A stretch of DNA of 64,000 nt, taken from contig JAQGDQ010000347.1 in NCBI GenBank assembly GCA_030141605.1, positions 66,617 to 130,616 on the forward strand. Direction: 5' to 3'. A program made the position numbers and the translations under genes. The notes below the pieces were generated by a model. The model searched no databases and was not told the DNA's origin. It was given only the letters and a program-made list of their open reading frames with translations. Source of the DNA: Tubiluchus corallicola (Eukaryota; Animalia; Priapulida). Shown piece by piece: positions 41,827 to 51,731 of the stretch. Numbering within the stretch: the first letter of the stretch is position 1; each line of letters begins with the position of its first letter.

Positions 41827-42558
41827 TTACTTACTGAATGTATCTTTAAAATATCTGTCGTACACCTCCATATTGCGCTCCAGCAACTCTACAGTGTACT
41901 GATAAGACCTACAGCTATCTTTCTCTTTAATTGCATTATAAATTTCACGCTGAAGCCTCAATGTGTACTCTTTTTCACCCTCGATATTAGCATAAATCAT
42001 ATTGCGCATACGCGGTAAAAGAGAATAAATGGGCTCCATAGAAATAACAACAATTGGGTTGCCAGTCGACTTTGCCATATTTGCATGAAAGCGGTTAATT
42101 AAATCAACCTCTAACTGTGTATTATCAGGATCACACTTCTCTAACTCAGAAAGATTCTCCTGCAGGTGTCTCAAATCATCTTCACTGCGGTTATATGCTG
42201 CTAAACGCCCGATCTCCGGCTCAAATATTCGCCTCACCTCAATAATATGGCGAATAAGGCTTGAATCAAATTTCAAATCATAATAAAGATTGAGGGACTC
42301 AATAGCATCTTCAATTCTTATTTCAGAAATATACATCCCACTACCCTTTTTTATGTTAATTAAGCCTCGTGCACTTAATCGGCGCAGCGCTTCTCGCAGA
42401 GCAGTCCGGCTAACAGCAAAGCTCTCGCATAGCTCTTTTTCCGAAGGCAACTTAGTTCCGGGAATTAACCGCTTTGTACGAATCGCCTCTTCAACCTTAC
42501 GCTCAATTTTTTGACTTAAAGTTTGACTTGATCCTATTTTCCCAAAAATATCATCCAT
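41827..42558 (-). CDS. FadR/GntR-family transcriptional regulator
   Basis: LPSEKEL...VSRTALREAL...KKGSG wHTH plus FCD domain; TACATTTG -7 element at 42585-42592. Confidence 0.92.
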   Translation of the reverse strand: MDDIFGKIGSSQTLSQKIERKVEEAIRTKRLIPGTKLPSEKELCESFAVSRTALREALRRLSARGLINIKKGSGMYISEIRIEDAIESLNLYYDLKFDSSLIRHIIEVRRIFEPEIGRLAAYNRSEDDLRHLQENLSELEKCDPDNTQLEVDLINRFHANMAKSTGNPIVVISMEPIYSLLPRMRNMIYANIEGEKEYTLRLQREIYNAIKEKDSCRSYQYTVELLERNMEVYDRYFKDTFSK

Positions 42559-42643
42559 CAGTAGCAGTTTCTTAACACATCATACAAATGTACCACTTTT
42601 TCTCACTCTTTCGCCTCCAATAAGGGGAGGCAGCTTATCACAT

Positions 42644-42948
42644 GAAACCTTTGCAAAACGAAGTATTTTAATTTAAACTGAGGAAAAACCGGCTACAAGA
42701 TTTAATAGAGATGGTGATTAAAAGCATGATGCAAACTGAACACCGCGATTTTCTTGATTCCCACCCTAGAATAAGAGCAATGACTTTTGGCAGGGAAGAA
42801 TTACTGTGGAGACAGGGTTTTAAAATTTCGTATTCCCCGGGGTCACTATGACAATTTCCATATTAGATAAGTGCTTTTTGCCCAGCTCCATCATATATCA
42901 AAATCTTGATATAAATTACTAGTTCGAAAAATAGAGTTCTTAAAAGTC
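42644..42948 (+). repeat. MITE-like repeat family A split by an IS remnant
   Basis: GAAACCTTTGCAAAACGAA..CTGAGGAAAAACC left part; degenerate right part about 42900-42948. Confidence 0.55.
42690..42865 (+). pseudogene. Decayed N-terminal fragment of a second IS256-type transposase
   Basis: Frameshifted translation LQDLIEMVIKSMMQTEHRDFLDSHP / NKSNDF / RVLKFRIPRGHYDNFH resembles the IS256 N-terminal IPRDR..F region. Confidence 0.65.
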
Positions 42949-42970
42949 GATACAGGCTAAAACTCTTTAA

Positions 42971-45565
42971 TCAACCTGCACTCTTAAACCCTAAGCGACC
43001 ATTATCCACATCAACAACTATCGGCTTATCTGTAGTAATACTCCCGGCCAGAATATGCTTAGAAAGATCATTTAATAAATACCTCTGCAAAGTGCGTTTA
43101 ACAGGTCTTGCTCCAAATTGTGGATCAAAGCCTGACTTAGCTATCCAGTCAATAGCTTTATCCGACAACTGCATTTCAACCCCGCTCCTGCCAACCCTTT
43201 TAGCAATAAGCTCAACCTGTAGCTTCACTACCTCCCTTATCTCTTTAAGAGTAAGTGGTGTAAAAACTATCACCTCATCTATCCTATTAAGAAACTCCGG
43301 CCTTATGCTTTTTTTCAATAACACCATAAGCTGAGAGCGTGTCTCCTCAGCAACTCCTTCATACTCCGACGCCGAAGAACTCTCAAGCTTTTCCTGTATT
43401 AGACGAGAGCCTATATTCGATGTCATTATTATAATAGTGTTCTTAAAATTTACAACCCGTCCCTTATTATCTGTAAGGCGCCCGTCATCCAGAACCTGTA
43501 ACAACGTATTGAACACATCAGGATGCGCCTTCTCTATTTCATCAAACAGTACAACCGAATACGGCTTCCTTCGTACAGCTTCGGTCAACTGCCCTCCTTC
43601 ATCATATCCAACATATCCCGGAGGAGAACCTATCAAGCGAGTTACTGAAAACTTCTCCTGATACTCCGACATATCTATGCGGGTCATCATATTCTCATCA
43701 TCAAACAGATACTCAGCAAGCGCTTTTGCCAGCTCTGTCTTTCCCACTCCGGTGGTTCCCAAAAAAATAAACGAACCTATCGGGCGCTTATCATCCTGCA
43801 GCCCTGTCCTCGACCTGCGTATAGCATCAGCAACGGCAACAATGGCTTCATCCTGCCCAATAACTCTCTTGTGCAGCTCACTCTCAAGAGACAATAGCTT
43901 ATCCCGCTCCGACTGTATCATCTTTGCTACAGGTATCCCTGTCCATCGGGCTACTGTTCCGGCAATATCTTCGGCATCAACCTCCTCCTTTATAAGTGAT
44001 GACCCTGCCTGCATCTTTTTCAGCTCGCCACTTAAACGCTCAATCTCCATCTCAGCCTCTTTTATTTTTCCGTATCTTATCTCTGCAACTGTACCAAAAT
44101 CACCCCGCCTCTCTGCCTGCTCCGCCTCCAATTTTAGCCCCTCTATCTCCTCTTTGTGGCGCTGTATCCCCTCTATTAAACCCTTTTCAGCATGCCACAA
44201 AGCCCTGTATCTCGACTGCTCCTCTGTAAGATTAGCAATATCCCTTTCCAGCGTATCCAGCTTAACAGCATCACCTTCCCTTTTTATAGCAGCTCTTTCA
44301 ATCTCCAGTTGCTTCAGCCGTCTCTCTATCTCATCAAGCTCTGCAGGCAGAGAATCCATCTCCATCCGCAACTTTGCAGCAGCCTCGTCCATAAGGTCTA
44401 TCGCTTTATCAGGAAGAAAACGGTCTGCAATATAGCGATGGGAAAGCTCTACTGCCGCAATTATAGCATCATCCTTTATAAGCACCTTATGGTGACTTTC
44501 GTAACGCTCTTTCAACCCTCTCAATATCGATATTGCGCTCACCAAATCCGGCTCATTAACAGTAACAACCTGAAACCTGCGCTCCAGTGCCTTATCCTTT
44601 TCAAAATATTTTTGATACTCATCTAGTGTTGTTGCTCCAACAGCCCGCAAACTACCACGTGCCAAAGCGGGCTTAAGGATATTTGCCGCATCCATAGCCC
44701 CCTCACTCTTCCCTGCCCCTACCAAAGTATGTATCTCATCTATAAAAAGAATAACCTCCCCTTCTGCAACAACAACCTCATTGACAACCGATTTTAGTCG
44801 CTCTTCAAACTCTCCCTTATACTTAGCTCCAGCCAACAAAGCCCCCATATCAAGAGAAAAGATCTGCTTCGTTTTTAGATTATCCGGCACATCACCCCTT
44901 ACAATACGATGCGCTAGACCTTCAGCAATAGCCGTTTTACCTGTTCCAGGCTCTCCTATAAGTATGGGATTGTTTTTTGTGCGTCTCGACAGAATCTGAA
45001 GCACCCGCCGTATCTCTTCATCTCGCCCGATAACAGGATCAAGCTTCCCCTCCACCACTCTATCATTTAGGTTAGACGCAAACCTGTTAAGCGAGTTAAA
45101 TGTATCCTCAGCTGTCTGGCTGTCAGCCTTAGAACCCTTGCGTAACTCTTTTATCGCAGCAAAAAGCTCATCTTTGGTTATCCCGCTCTCTTTCATCATA
45201 CGGCTAACCTGATCGCTGGCATCAAGCACCCCAAGCAATAGGTGCTCAACTGAAACAAATTGATCACCCATACTACTGGAGTGAGCTGTTGCCTTCTCTA
45301 TGGCCGTATTTGAAGCATTCGATAGATATGGCTCTCCACCACTAACTTTGGGAAGGCTCTCAATAATTTTATCAAGAGCCTGATTGAGCATATTGAGATT
45401 GACACCCAGCTTTTTCAATAAAAAATCTGTAACACTCTCTGCCTTTACCAAAAGCCCTTTAAGCAAATGCCCGGTATCAACCACCTGCTGCTGATTCCTC
45501 TGAGCAATTTGTATGGCATATTGAACTGCCTCTTGCGACTTAATTGTAAAATTGTTAAAATTCAT
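42971..45565 (-). CDS. clpB: Chaperone ClpB
   Basis: 864 aa; two AAA+ modules ([16 protein letters not shown]) and coiled-coil middle domain. Confidence 0.97.
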   Translation of the reverse strand: MNFNNFTIKSQEAVQYAIQIAQRNQQQVVDTGHLLKGLLVKAESVTDFLLKKLGVNLNMLNQALDKIIESLPKVSGGEPYLSNASNTAIEKATAHSSSMGDQFVSVEHLLLGVLDASDQVSRMMKESGITKDELFAAIKELRKGSKADSQTAEDTFNSLNRFASNLNDRVVEGKLDPVIGRDEEIRRVLQILSRRTKNNPILIGEPGTGKTAIAEGLAHRIVRGDVPDNLKTKQIFSLDMGALLAGAKYKGEFEERLKSVVNEVVVAEGEVILFIDEIHTLVGAGKSEGAMDAANILKPALARGSLRAVGATTLDEYQKYFEKDKALERRFQVVTVNEPDLVSAISILRGLKERYESHHKVLIKDDAIIAAVELSHRYIADRFLPDKAIDLMDEAAAKLRMEMDSLPAELDEIERRLKQLEIERAAIKREGDAVKLDTLERDIANLTEEQSRYRALWHAEKGLIEGIQRHKEEIEGLKLEAEQAERRGDFGTVAEIRYGKIKEAEMEIERLSGELKKMQAGSSLIKEEVDAEDIAGTVARWTGIPVAKMIQSERDKLLSLESELHKRVIGQDEAIVAVADAIRRSRTGLQDDKRPIGSFIFLGTTGVGKTELAKALAEYLFDDENMMTRIDMSEYQEKFSVTRLIGSPPGYVGYDEGGQLTEAVRRKPYSVVLFDEIEKAHPDVFNTLLQVLDDGRLTDNKGRVVNFKNTIIIMTSNIGSRLIQEKLESSSASEYEGVAEETRSQLMVLLKKSIRPEFLNRIDEVIVFTPLTLKEIREVVKLQVELIAKRVGRSGVEMQLSDKAIDWIAKSGFDPQFGARPVKRTLQRYLLNDLSKHILAGSITTDKPIVVDVDNGRLGFKSAG

Positions 45566-45611
45566 AATGAGCCTGCTGTTTTAACATTAACATCAAACAA
45601 TACAGTCGACC

Positions 45612-45720
45612 TCAAATAGCCTGCCACAGAATATATGTCAGGTAAAAGGATTACTCTATATGTCAAAATGACATATAGAGCATCGATCAGTATGCCGTTT
45701 TGACATGCTGACTAATGTCA
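45612..45720 (-). promoter_or_regulatory. clpB upstream control region
   Basis: Minus-strand TGGCAG-N5-TTGA (45612-45626); perfect 12-bp inverted repeat CTCTATATGTCA-aaa-TGACATATAGAG (45654-45680); further TGTCA/TGACA half-sites. Confidence 0.55.
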
Positions 45721-45793
45721 AACATTTACTATATCAATAGGCTCACTACTGCACAAAGAAACATTGCCCAACCAGGCACTTCTCTTGCAAAAT

Positions 45794-45849
45794 GAGTGCT
45801 TTTGAAAGGCTCATCTTTTAACTAGCCATTCGCCTTTTGCAAAAGGTTC
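45794..45849 (-). repeat. Internally deleted family A element (both ends only)
   Basis: Minus strand GAACCTTTTGCAAAAGGCGAA...AAAAGATGAGCCTTTCAAAAGCACTC. Confidence 0.5.
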
Positions 45850-45867
45850 GAAATAGTTTTTGGAAAA

Positions 45868-46371
45868 TCAGGTAAAAATAATCTGGGTGCTCTCTCCCCC
45901 ACACATACCGTAAAAATCTCCAACTGTAAGCACTCCACTCACCTCATCATGCAGATCTTCCTCTGACAACTTAAACATATCCATAGCCAGTTTGCAGGCA
46001 TAGAACTCCCCTCCACCGGCAGTAATCATCTCAAGGAACTCCTCTACTGTTGGAATATCCAATTTCTCCATCTGTCTCTTCATCATAGCCGATACACCCG
46101 CCTCAACACCAGGCAACGCACCTAAAAGAGTCGGAAATGGCAATCCGCCCGGCATTCTCATTGCTGGATTACCAACAGTCCCGGTATGCAGCTTATTCAT
46201 CTGCTTTTTGGTAATTGCATCCAAACCAAAAAATGTGAAAAACACCTTGGCCTCTATCCCCTCCATCACCGCACCATTTGCCAGTACCAGGGTGGCATAC
46301 ACGTCTTCAATTGCACCTTTGGCGCAAATCACACAAACCTTTTTCAATGGCTTATCTTCTGCTTTACTCAT
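45868..46371 (-). CDS. DsrE/DsrF/DrsH-like (DsrE2-type) sulfur carrier
   Basis: VFFTFFGL and FYACKLAMDMF with the conserved Cys. Confidence 0.85.
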   Translation of the reverse strand: MSKAEDKPLKKVCVICAKGAIEDVYATLVLANGAVMEGIEAKVFFTFFGLDAITKKQMNKLHTGTVGNPAMRMPGGLPFPTLLGALPGVEAGVSAMMKRQMEKLDIPTVEEFLEMITAGGGEFYACKLAMDMFKLSEEDLHDEVSGVLTVGDFYGMCGGESTQIIFT

Positions 46372-46428
46372 CTTTATATATCTATTTATTTATAACATAC
46401 GGGGGCATATCCGCTCCCCATTCTCCCC

Positions 46429-46740
46429 TTATACACAACTTGTGGGCTTGGGTATTCCTGCAATCTTAGATGAATTTTTTAACGGTGCACCAGGAAACAG
46501 CTTATAAAACCCCTTGATATCAACTATACCTGACTTCCCTATTTTGCGAATGGTAAGCTGCTCTCCAGCCAAAAATTTCTCACGCAAAAAATCAATCACC
46601 TCATAATGCTTATTGGTAAGCTCAATACCTAAATCCTTTGCAATTTCAGCAGCAACTTCTTTACTCCACTGCTCACAATCAATCAGATAGCCCTCATCGT
46701 TTACCTGTACCGTCTTACCGGCAATTAGCTTATCACTCAT
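46429..46740 (-). CDS. TusE/DsrC-family sulfur relay protein (single C-terminal Cys)
   Basis: NDEGYL...W, LFP, KIAGIPKPTSCV. Confidence 0.88.
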   Translation of the reverse strand: MSDKLIAGKTVQVNDEGYLIDCEQWSKEVAAEIAKDLGIELTNKHYEVIDFLREKFLAGEQLTIRKIGKSGIVDIKGFYKLFPGAPLKNSSKIAGIPKPTSCV

Positions 46741-46802
46741 AATCTCAAAATTTTATGATTACACACTTACTTATAACTTCATCTACCAGACTGTCAAAAA
46801 TA

Positions 46803-47471
46803 CTAAGCACTCGTTCCAGCTAGGCTTTTAATAAATGTTACCATGAAGCCCAAAGCCTTCTTCATTTCAGGCTTTCCCAACTCCCGCATTAGTCTCAAAA
46901 CTGAATACTCAGGTATATCTTTACCCTCTATGCTCTCACAAGCTTTCACCACACTACTCATCAGCCTGAGCATTTCCGGCTGGGTAATACTTTTAACTAT
47001 TTGAAGCATCGGCACAATATTATCTGCCAGCAACTTTACATCTTCAATAGAAAAATGCTCAATAACATTATCCGCAATCTTTCCAGCCTCACCTAGGAAC
47101 TCAAAATACCCTTTCTGTTCAAAAACATACAACCTCTTCGTAAAATCAATAATTAGATCATTCATAATCGGTTCGGCGTCTTTAGCAAAATCTGTAGCGC
47201 TTTCAAACAATGCTATAACCCCATTGATATTCTTTATGTTTTTCAACACCCTTACCCCCAGCCTTTTAACCTCGTCTGGATCAATCTCTACATTCTGATT
47301 ATCCAGCTCCTCAACAGCTGAATCATACACATCTTTCCCAATAATTGATAAATCAGCAGCCATATCCTCAATAGCTTCAGCTTTAATCCTTTGCTGATTG
47401 ACAATATCCAGAATTAAATCCGTCTTACGGTTTAACTCATCCATCTGTGCCTTTAGCTCTTTCGTGTCCAT
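46803..47471 (-). CDS. DUF1641-domain helical protein
   Basis: C-terminal SVLRLMRELGKPEMKKALGF; position after the Sqr-like gene. Confidence 0.75.
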   Translation of the reverse strand: MDTKELKAQMDELNRKTDLILDIVNQQRIKAEAIEDMAADLSIIGKDVYDSAVEELDNQNVEIDPDEVKRLGVRVLKNIKNINGVIALFESATDFAKDAEPIMNDLIIDFTKRLYVFEQKGYFEFLGEAGKIADNVIEHFSIEDVKLLADNIVPMLQIVKSITQPEMLRLMSSVVKACESIEGKDIPEYSVLRLMRELGKPEMKKALGFMVTFIKSLAGTSA

Positions 47472-47495
47472 TGCAATATTATAAGCTACTTAAAA

Positions 47496-48734
47496 TTAGA
47501 AGCTAACCTTCTTCTTACCCGCCATAGTCATATTAGCTTCAATTGGCAACTCTTTGCCCTTAAGCAACATGTGCCAGTAAATCCAACGAAACATGATTTT
47601 ACCATAATGATTTATCTTGGTATTCCTCAGCAACCCAAACGGACCAATACCGGGCAACGGAAAAGTTCCAGGCAAAGGCTCAGTCTCATAATTAAAATCT
47701 ATTAATGCCCCCTTTCCAAACCCGGTTTCAATATAGCAATTGGCATGCCCATCAAACTTTGCAACTAAAGGCCTTCCCTCAATAGCACTCATTATATTCT
47801 CAAACAATATTTCTGAAGCAAAATGAGCCACCGACCCCGCCTTTGATGTAGGAATATCAGATGCGTCTCCCAGCACAAAAATATTTTCATGCTTCTCCGA
47901 CCGCAAAGTGTACTTATCTGTAGGCACAAAATTTAAATCATCACCTATTCCACTACGCTCAATCATCTTATCTCCCATATTAACAGGGACAATAACTAAC
48001 GCATCAAAAGGCACCTCTCTCTCATCGTACGACACCAGCACCTTCTTGTCATTATCCACTCTCTCAACATAAAACTCGCTAATCACCTCTATACCCTTCT
48101 CTTTAAGCAACCTACTTAACATCTTTGTTGCTATAGGCTTGGTGAAAGCACCCGGTAGCGGAGTAACAAGAGATATATCAACCTTATCCCTTATTCCTTT
48201 TTTGGTAAAAAAATCATCTGCAAGACAAACAAACTCTATAGGTGCAACAGGGCATTTATATGGAATTTCAGACACAGCCATAACCAGCTTCCCCCCTTCC
48301 CACGACTTAAAGTACTTTTGTAAAGCAAGCGCCCCTTCAATGGTATAAAAATCAAAAATATCCTTTTGCCAGAGCTTATCCTTCAGCCCCGGTGTCTCAT
48401 CAGGGTAAACCTGGGTGCCAGTCGCAACAATCAGGTAATCATAATGTAACCTCTTACCTCCTTTTAAAAACACTATATTTTGATCGGCTACAACTTTATC
48501 TATATCCGAAAATATAACCTTCACTCCCGAGGGGAAAAAATCGGCTTTAGCCTTTACCACATCTTGCTTATTATAAATACCGAAGGGAATAAACAAAAAC
48601 CCAGGCTGATAATAGTGTGTCTTATGCTTGTCAACGATGGTTACTTCCCACTCTTCACAACTGAGTGCCTTTCTTAGTTTATTGGCAATTATGGTGCCGG
48701 CTGTACCTCCACCAAGTATTAATAGCTTTTGCAT
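47496..48734 (-). CDS. sqr: Sulfide:quinone oxidoreductase-like flavoprotein (type III-like)
   Basis: ILGGGTAG, HYYQPG, YKCPVAP, FVLGDA, GHANCYIETG. Confidence 0.8.
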   Translation of the reverse strand: MQKLLILGGGTAGTIIANKLRKALSCEEWEVTIVDKHKTHYYQPGFLFIPFGIYNKQDVVKAKADFFPSGVKVIFSDIDKVVADQNIVFLKGGKRLHYDYLIVATGTQVYPDETPGLKDKLWQKDIFDFYTIEGALALQKYFKSWEGGKLVMAVSEIPYKCPVAPIEFVCLADDFFTKKGIRDKVDISLVTPLPGAFTKPIATKMLSRLLKEKGIEVISEFYVERVDNDKKVLVSYDEREVPFDALVIVPVNMGDKMIERSGIGDDLNFVPTDKYTLRSEKHENIFVLGDASDIPTSKAGSVAHFASEILFENIMSAIEGRPLVAKFDGHANCYIETGFGKGALIDFNYETEPLPGTFPLPGIGPFGLLRNTKINHYGKIMFRWIYWHMLLKGKELPIEANMTMAGKKKVSF

Positions 48735-49120
48735 TTGATATTATATTACATAGACTTTCTATGGAAAACTTACAGGTTATTAAAATACTCTATAACATTT
48801 AAAAATTTCAACAGTATATAAAAAGCAAGCTAAGGCAACATAACACCCACTCGCTTCTCACTATACTTCAAAAACAGTGCAATACCCAAATAAAAAACTC
48901 ACAACAATCTCTGTCCGAACTGCCTGAACCAATCAATCATACAGAGATTGAATACTCTCCCCATCCCATTTGGCAAATATGACTTCCCGTCCCATTTTCC
49001 CTTAACCCAAACCAAAATCTCTCGCCTTACACAAAAACCACGACTTACAACTCTAAAGAATCCCTGCACACCAAACCTTACACTTCTGCACGTAAGTCAA
49101 CCATCAGCTTAAAAGCGTTT

Positions 49121-51670
49121 TTAACAACATTTGGAAGAACCGCAACCCTGACAGGTTAAACACCCCTCCTGGTATACAATATTTTCAGAGCCACAACTTG
49201 CACATTTCCCTTTGGCGGCAGTACCGTCAGGAATATATTTCTTTAGTGCCCGAGCAACACCATTCTTCCACGTATTAATAGAGTCCTCTTTAAACTCAAG
49301 GCTATTCACAAGATCACATACTTTCTCGATAGGCATACCGTGACGAATAATACCCGATATCAGCTTCGCATAATTCCAGAAAATAGGATTAAACTGATGT
49401 GAAAGTCCCTGCATAGTCGTCTTATGCCCCCATTTATTGGTATACTCAAAATCATATTGAGAATACCCCTCACTATCCTTTCTCTTAATTATTCTCCCCC
49501 TAGATATCGACCTTGGAACAACAAAGCCCTCTTCATCATCGTCAAGACCTGTAAATATCTCATAAGGATTATCTTCGGCAAGGCCAATAAAAGCAATCCA
49601 CTTCTCCTTATTGTTTTGGAAGCGCACTACATCAGCATCTAATGCCTCAGGACGATTTACAGGAATTAAACTCTCAGACGCTTTCTCATCTTTTTTGGCA
49701 GAAAGCAAAACACCTGAACGAGAACCCTCACGATAGACAGTAACACCCTTACAACCACTCTCCCACGCAGTAAAATACAGCTTACTAACAAGCTTCTCCT
49801 CTGCTTCGCTTGGAAGATTTATAGTAACAGAAATAGAATGATCTACCCACTTCTGTACCACACCCTGCATTCTTATCTTTGCAACCCAGTCTACATCATT
49901 TGAAGTACCCTTGTAATAGGGAGACTCAGCAATAAGTGCATCCAGCTCTTTTTCAGTATACTCTTTTTCCGTATCGTATCCGTTAACCTCCATCCACACC
50001 TTAAACTTGTGGTGGAAAACCACATACTCCTCCCAGCTGTCCCCTACTTCATCTTTAAAATCGACCCTTACATCTTTATCGTTGGGATTCACTTTACGGC
50101 GACGCTTATACACAGGGAGAAATACCGGTTCAATCCCGGAAGTGGTTTGAGTCATAAGGCTTGTTGTCCCCGTTGGCGCAATGGTTAGCAACGCAATATT
50201 ACGGCGCCCATATTCGACCATCTCCTTATAAAGCTCAGCATCTGCTTCGGCAATCCTATTGATATAAGAATTATTCTGCTCCTTGCTGGCATCATAAATG
50301 GAGAATGCCCCACGCTCCTTGGCTAAGTTTACAGAACTGCGATATGCTTCAAGTGCAATGACCTTATGGACTTCGGATGAGAAGTCTACAGCATCATCTG
50401 AGCCGTACTGCAACCCCAGCGCCGCCAACATATCTCCCTCCGCAGTGATGCCAACACCTGTGCGACGCCCCTCCTTGGTCTTTGCCATTATCTTCTCCCA
50501 CAAATTAGTCTCAACACGCTTGATATCGCTGCTCTCACCATCGGAGGTGATTTTTTCAAGAATACTCTCAATCTTCTCAAGCTCCAGATCTATTATATCA
50601 TCCATTATTCTTTGAGCAAGCTGCACATGCTTACGAAACAACTCAAAATTGAACCTTGCTCTTGAAGTAAACGGATTCTCCACATAAGAATACAGATTAA
50701 TAGCAAGCAAACGGCAGCTATCATAGGGACAAAGAGGTATCTCTCCACATGGATTTGTAGATACAGTTTTATAACCCTTATCTGCATAACAGTCCGGCAC
50801 CGACTCCCTAACTATTGTATCCCAAAACAGCACGCCCGGCTCAGCCGATTTCCACGCATTATGCACTATCTTTTCCCACAACTTAGTGGCATCTGTATCT
50901 CTAGTATAAGACGGAGTGATACTGTCAACAGGGTACTGCTGTGTATAAGGCTTCCCATCACGGACAGCTTTCATAAAGCTATCATCCAGCTTAACAGAAA
51001 CATTCGCTCCCGTCACCTTTCCCTCTATCATCTTTGCATCAATAAAATTTTCGGAATCGGGGTGTTTTACCGAAACAGATAGCATCAATGCACCCCTTCT
51101 CCCGTCCTGAGCAACCTCCCGGGTAGAATTTGAGTACCGCTCCATAAAAGGAACAACACCGGTTGAAGTAAGAGCTGAGTTTTTCACAGGCGAACCCTGA
51201 GGACGAATATGTGAAAGATCATGGCCCACCCCTCCACGGCGCTTCATCAGCTGCACCTGCTCCTGGTCAACCATCATAATTCCCCCGTACGAGTCAGCAT
51301 TATTACCAATAACAAAACAGTTGGACAGTGACGCAATCTGATAATCATTCCCAATACCCGTCATAGGACCACCTTGCGGAACTATGTATTTAAAATCACG
51401 AAAAAGCTCATAAAGTTCATCTTCGCTAAGTGGATTAGCATAGTTCTTCTCCACGCGAGCAATCTCACATGCAAGCCTGCGATGCATATCATCCGGGGTC
51501 AACTCAAATATATTTCCAAAAGAATCCTTTAACGCATACTTATTTATCCAAACACGCGCCGCAAGATCATCTCCTTTAAAATACTTTACCGAGGCACTAA
51601 ACGCCTCTTCCATAGAATACGACTTTCTGCTCATACTTACCCTTTGAGGTAAAATCTCTTTTAATTCCAT
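49121..51670 (-). CDS. nrdJ: Class II (adenosylcobalamin-dependent) ribonucleotide reductase
   Basis: SLSNCF, TNPCGE, TIAPTGT, C-terminal Cys cluster; no adjacent beta subunit. Confidence 0.92.
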   Translation of the reverse strand: MELKEILPQRVSMSRKSYSMEEAFSASVKYFKGDDLAARVWINKYALKDSFGNIFELTPDDMHRRLACEIARVEKNYANPLSEDELYELFRDFKYIVPQGGPMTGIGNDYQIASLSNCFVIGNNADSYGGIMMVDQEQVQLMKRRGGVGHDLSHIRPQGSPVKNSALTSTGVVPFMERYSNSTREVAQDGRRGALMLSVSVKHPDSENFIDAKMIEGKVTGANVSVKLDDSFMKAVRDGKPYTQQYPVDSITPSYTRDTDATKLWEKIVHNAWKSAEPGVLFWDTIVRESVPDCYADKGYKTVSTNPCGEIPLCPYDSCRLLAINLYSYVENPFTSRARFNFELFRKHVQLAQRIMDDIIDLELEKIESILEKITSDGESSDIKRVETNLWEKIMAKTKEGRRTGVGITAEGDMLAALGLQYGSDDAVDFSSEVHKVIALEAYRSSVNLAKERGAFSIYDASKEQNNSYINRIAEADAELYKEMVEYGRRNIALLTIAPTGTTSLMTQTTSGIEPVFLPVYKRRRKVNPNDKDVRVDFKDEVGDSWEEYVVFHHKFKVWMEVNGYDTEKEYTEKELDALIAESPYYKGTSNDVDWVAKIRMQGVVQKWVDHSISVTINLPSEAEEKLVSKLYFTAWESGCKGVTVYREGSRSGVLLSAKKDEKASESLIPVNRPEALDADVVRFQNNKEKWIAFIGLAEDNPYEIFTGLDDDEEGFVVPRSISRGRIIKRKDSEGYSQYDFEYTNKWGHKTTMQGLSHQFNPIFWNYAKLISGIIRHGMPIEKVCDLVNSLEFKEDSINTWKNGVARALKKYIPDGTAAKGKCASCGSENIVYQEGCLTCQGCGSSKCC

Positions 51671-51731
51671 ATTAAAACTAAAACTCTGTTAAAACAACTG
51701 ACTATCAGAATAGGGTGTTAAGTTTTATTGC

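Noticed and set aside
43677-44435. 252-aa plus-strand ORF
   Set aside because: Antisense shadow of clpB with no recognisable motifs
46429-46740. True DsrC indicating dissimilatory sulfite reduction
   Set aside because: Lacks the second conserved C-terminal Cys and no dsrAB is present
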